Origin: Alloascoidea hylecoeti
Taxonomy: Eukaryota
Length of the DNA: 64,000 nt
Direction of reading: 5' to 3'
Assembly: GCA_001600815.1 (NCBI GenBank)
Contig: BCKZ01000004.1
Coordinates: 1-64,000 of the forward strand
Shown here: in pieces, positions 62,398 to 64,000 of the stretch
Layout: each line of letters begins with the position of its first letter
Numbering within the stretch: the stretch's first letter is position 1
The notes under the pieces: generated by a model
The model's database searches: none
What the model was told of the DNA's origin: nothing
What the model saw: the letters and a program-made list of their open reading frames with translations, nothing else
Position numbers and translations under genes: made by a program

Positions 62398-64000
62398 ATG
62401 AATATAACTATAGTAGAAAAAGACAACCATGGATGTATATTGAGTGAATATGATCCATCTTCTACTATTTCTTATTTCTCAAGTCAACAATGTAATATTA
62501 ATACTACATTTTTAACGAAGCATAGATTGAGAATATTTCGAAATATTCATATTAATATGTATTTACCAAATACTTCAGCTATTATAAGGAAGGTACAATT
62601 ACAAGATAATACAAATACTAGAACTTCTCCTAAATCGCATATTCATGTTCATAATTCTGAATCGAATTTAAACGAAATTCATATTATGAATGAAAGGGTT
62701 GATCATGAGTCCCAACAAACGACAATTTCAACACAACCAACCGTTTTTCAATCATTAATAACAATATTTTTACCATCGGGATATCCAAGGACAGTACGCT
62801 CTGACTATAAATATTATCAAATATACTGCATTTTTCAAGCATTTTGTAGCTCAATTTCAAGTTTATTTGCAAATAGGTCGGTTCTTGATATTGTTGGTGT
62901 TGGCGATGAAGACGCAAACTCAACAGTAGCTTTATATTATACTGTAATGCAACAGGTTTTTGGTAGATTGACAACAATTTTATTCGCTTGGAAAATTGGT
63001 GAGTGGATTGAACCCGAATGTAAAAAATGGAGATTTATGGGTGATATTTATAATGATGGTGCCATATTATTAGATGTATTAGTTTCTTTGGTATTACGAC
63101 AACTGCAATTAGACCACAAAGGATACTCAACAAATTTTAAAGTGTTAGGATTGTTATTGAGTAGTGTTTTGAGAGCTTTGTGTGCTGTTGTTGCTGCTGG
63201 AAGCAAAGCAGCACTGACTGTTCATTTCACATTAAATGAAGAAGGTGGAAGTATCAGTGATGTCAGCGCCAAACAATCAAGTCAAGAAACCGCTATTACT
63301 TTATGTGGGATGCTTGTTGGAACCTGGCTGGTATATTTGGTTCCATCGGATAGTTCAGCATTGTTAATTTCTTCAATAATGATTATTTTAACATTAATCC
63401 ATTTATACACCAATTTCAAAGCGGTAGCAAGTGTGGTTATGACTGGATTAAATAGGCAACGAGCTACAATCGTATTTGGTAATTTTATAGCGAGTCCGAA
63501 CCATCAGATTTTATCTCCAAGACAAGTATCAAAATTAGAAACAATTGTTCCAGCTAGAGATGATGAATTATTTATTGATATAAAATCAAAAGAAGTTATT
63601 GGATTTGCTAAATTTGTTACTTTTGGAAATTTTCTAGAAACTGTATCAAACTCATTAAGAACTATCAATGATGAAGTTGCAGATACTTTTGATGTTGAAA
63701 GTTTATTGATTGAATGTCATTTTGGATATTATGTTATTTGGCCATGCAGTAACAATAAATTTGAACACACCACGTGCAATATTTCTGTGCTTGTGAAAGA
63801 AGGTGGAGATAACTGCCAAAAAAGATGGTTGGAACTTATAGCTTGGTTGCATGCTCTTCTACTTTGCAAATCTATCGACGAAAACCTTAACCCAGTAGCA
63901 GATAAAGATGAAAAAACATATGAGCTTGAGTCTGATCCAAACGCAACAGATAGATTGTTGCAATCACAGTTTGATACAATAAGAAAACATATTGATTCAA
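62398..64000 (+). CDS. RUS1/DUF647-family protein (runs off the window end; absent from the ORF track)
   Basis: Open frame from ATG 62398 with FLPSGYPRTVRSDYKYYQIY..QAFCSSI, GVGDEDA, EPECKKWRFMGDIYND, KAALTVHF, AKQSSQET, LNRQRA. Confidence 0.88.
   Translation, partial: MNITIVEKDNHGCILSEYDPSSTISYFSSQQCNINTTFLTKHRLRIFRNIHINMYLPNTSAIIRKVQLQDNTNTRTSPKSHIHVHNSESNLNEIHIMNERVDHESQQTTISTQPTVFQSLITIFLPSGYPRTVRSDYKYYQIYCIFQAFCSSISSLFANRSVLDIVGVGDEDANSTVALYYTVMQQVFGRLTTILFAWKIGEWIEPECKKWRFMGDIYNDGAILLDVLVSLVLRQLQLDHKGYSTNFKVLGLLLSSVLRALCAVVAAGSKAALTVHFTLNEEGGSISDVSAKQSSQETAITLCGMLVGTWLVYLVPSDSSALLISSIMIILTLIHLYTNFKAVASVVMTGLNRQRATIVFGNFIASPNHQILSPRQVSKLETIVPARDDELFIDIKSKEVIGFAKFVTFGNFLETVSNSLRTINDEVADTFDVESLLIECHFGYYVIWPCSNNKFEHTTCNISVLVKEGGDNCQKRWLELIAWLHALLLCKSIDENLNPVADKDEKTYELESDPNATDRLLQSQFDTIRKHIDS

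Overview
AT-rich nuclear DNA from a fungus, most likely an early-diverging budding yeast (Saccharomycotina). This is inferred from short 53-79 nt GT/GC-AG introns with TACTAAC/GCTAAC-like branch points, orthologues of RSR1, TRP1, RIM101, PDC2, INN1, OCA2 and SYF2, dispersed 5S rRNA copies and a full-length SREBP. About 22 intact protein genes can be built, several only after manual splicing. 4.5-30 kb is a dense core-gene block. 30-52 kb is accessory-like, with an MFS pump, three F-box genes (two broken), an SDR, 5S pseudogenes, an acyltransferase and a pogo transposase relic. The standout is a two-exon gene at 18596-22828, split in the ORF track by a 57-nt intron. It encodes a HeLo-like domain, an NB-ARC NTPase and about 16 TPRs, i.e. 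a complete fungal NLR-type cell-death receptor in a yeast, head-to-head with TRP1. Other notable items: an LTR-like element packed with perfect heat-shock elements, a RhoGEF with tandem DH domains, a mosaic SDR pseudogene, and tandem PacC sites upstream of RIM101. All family calls come from motif recognition by eye; no database searches were run.
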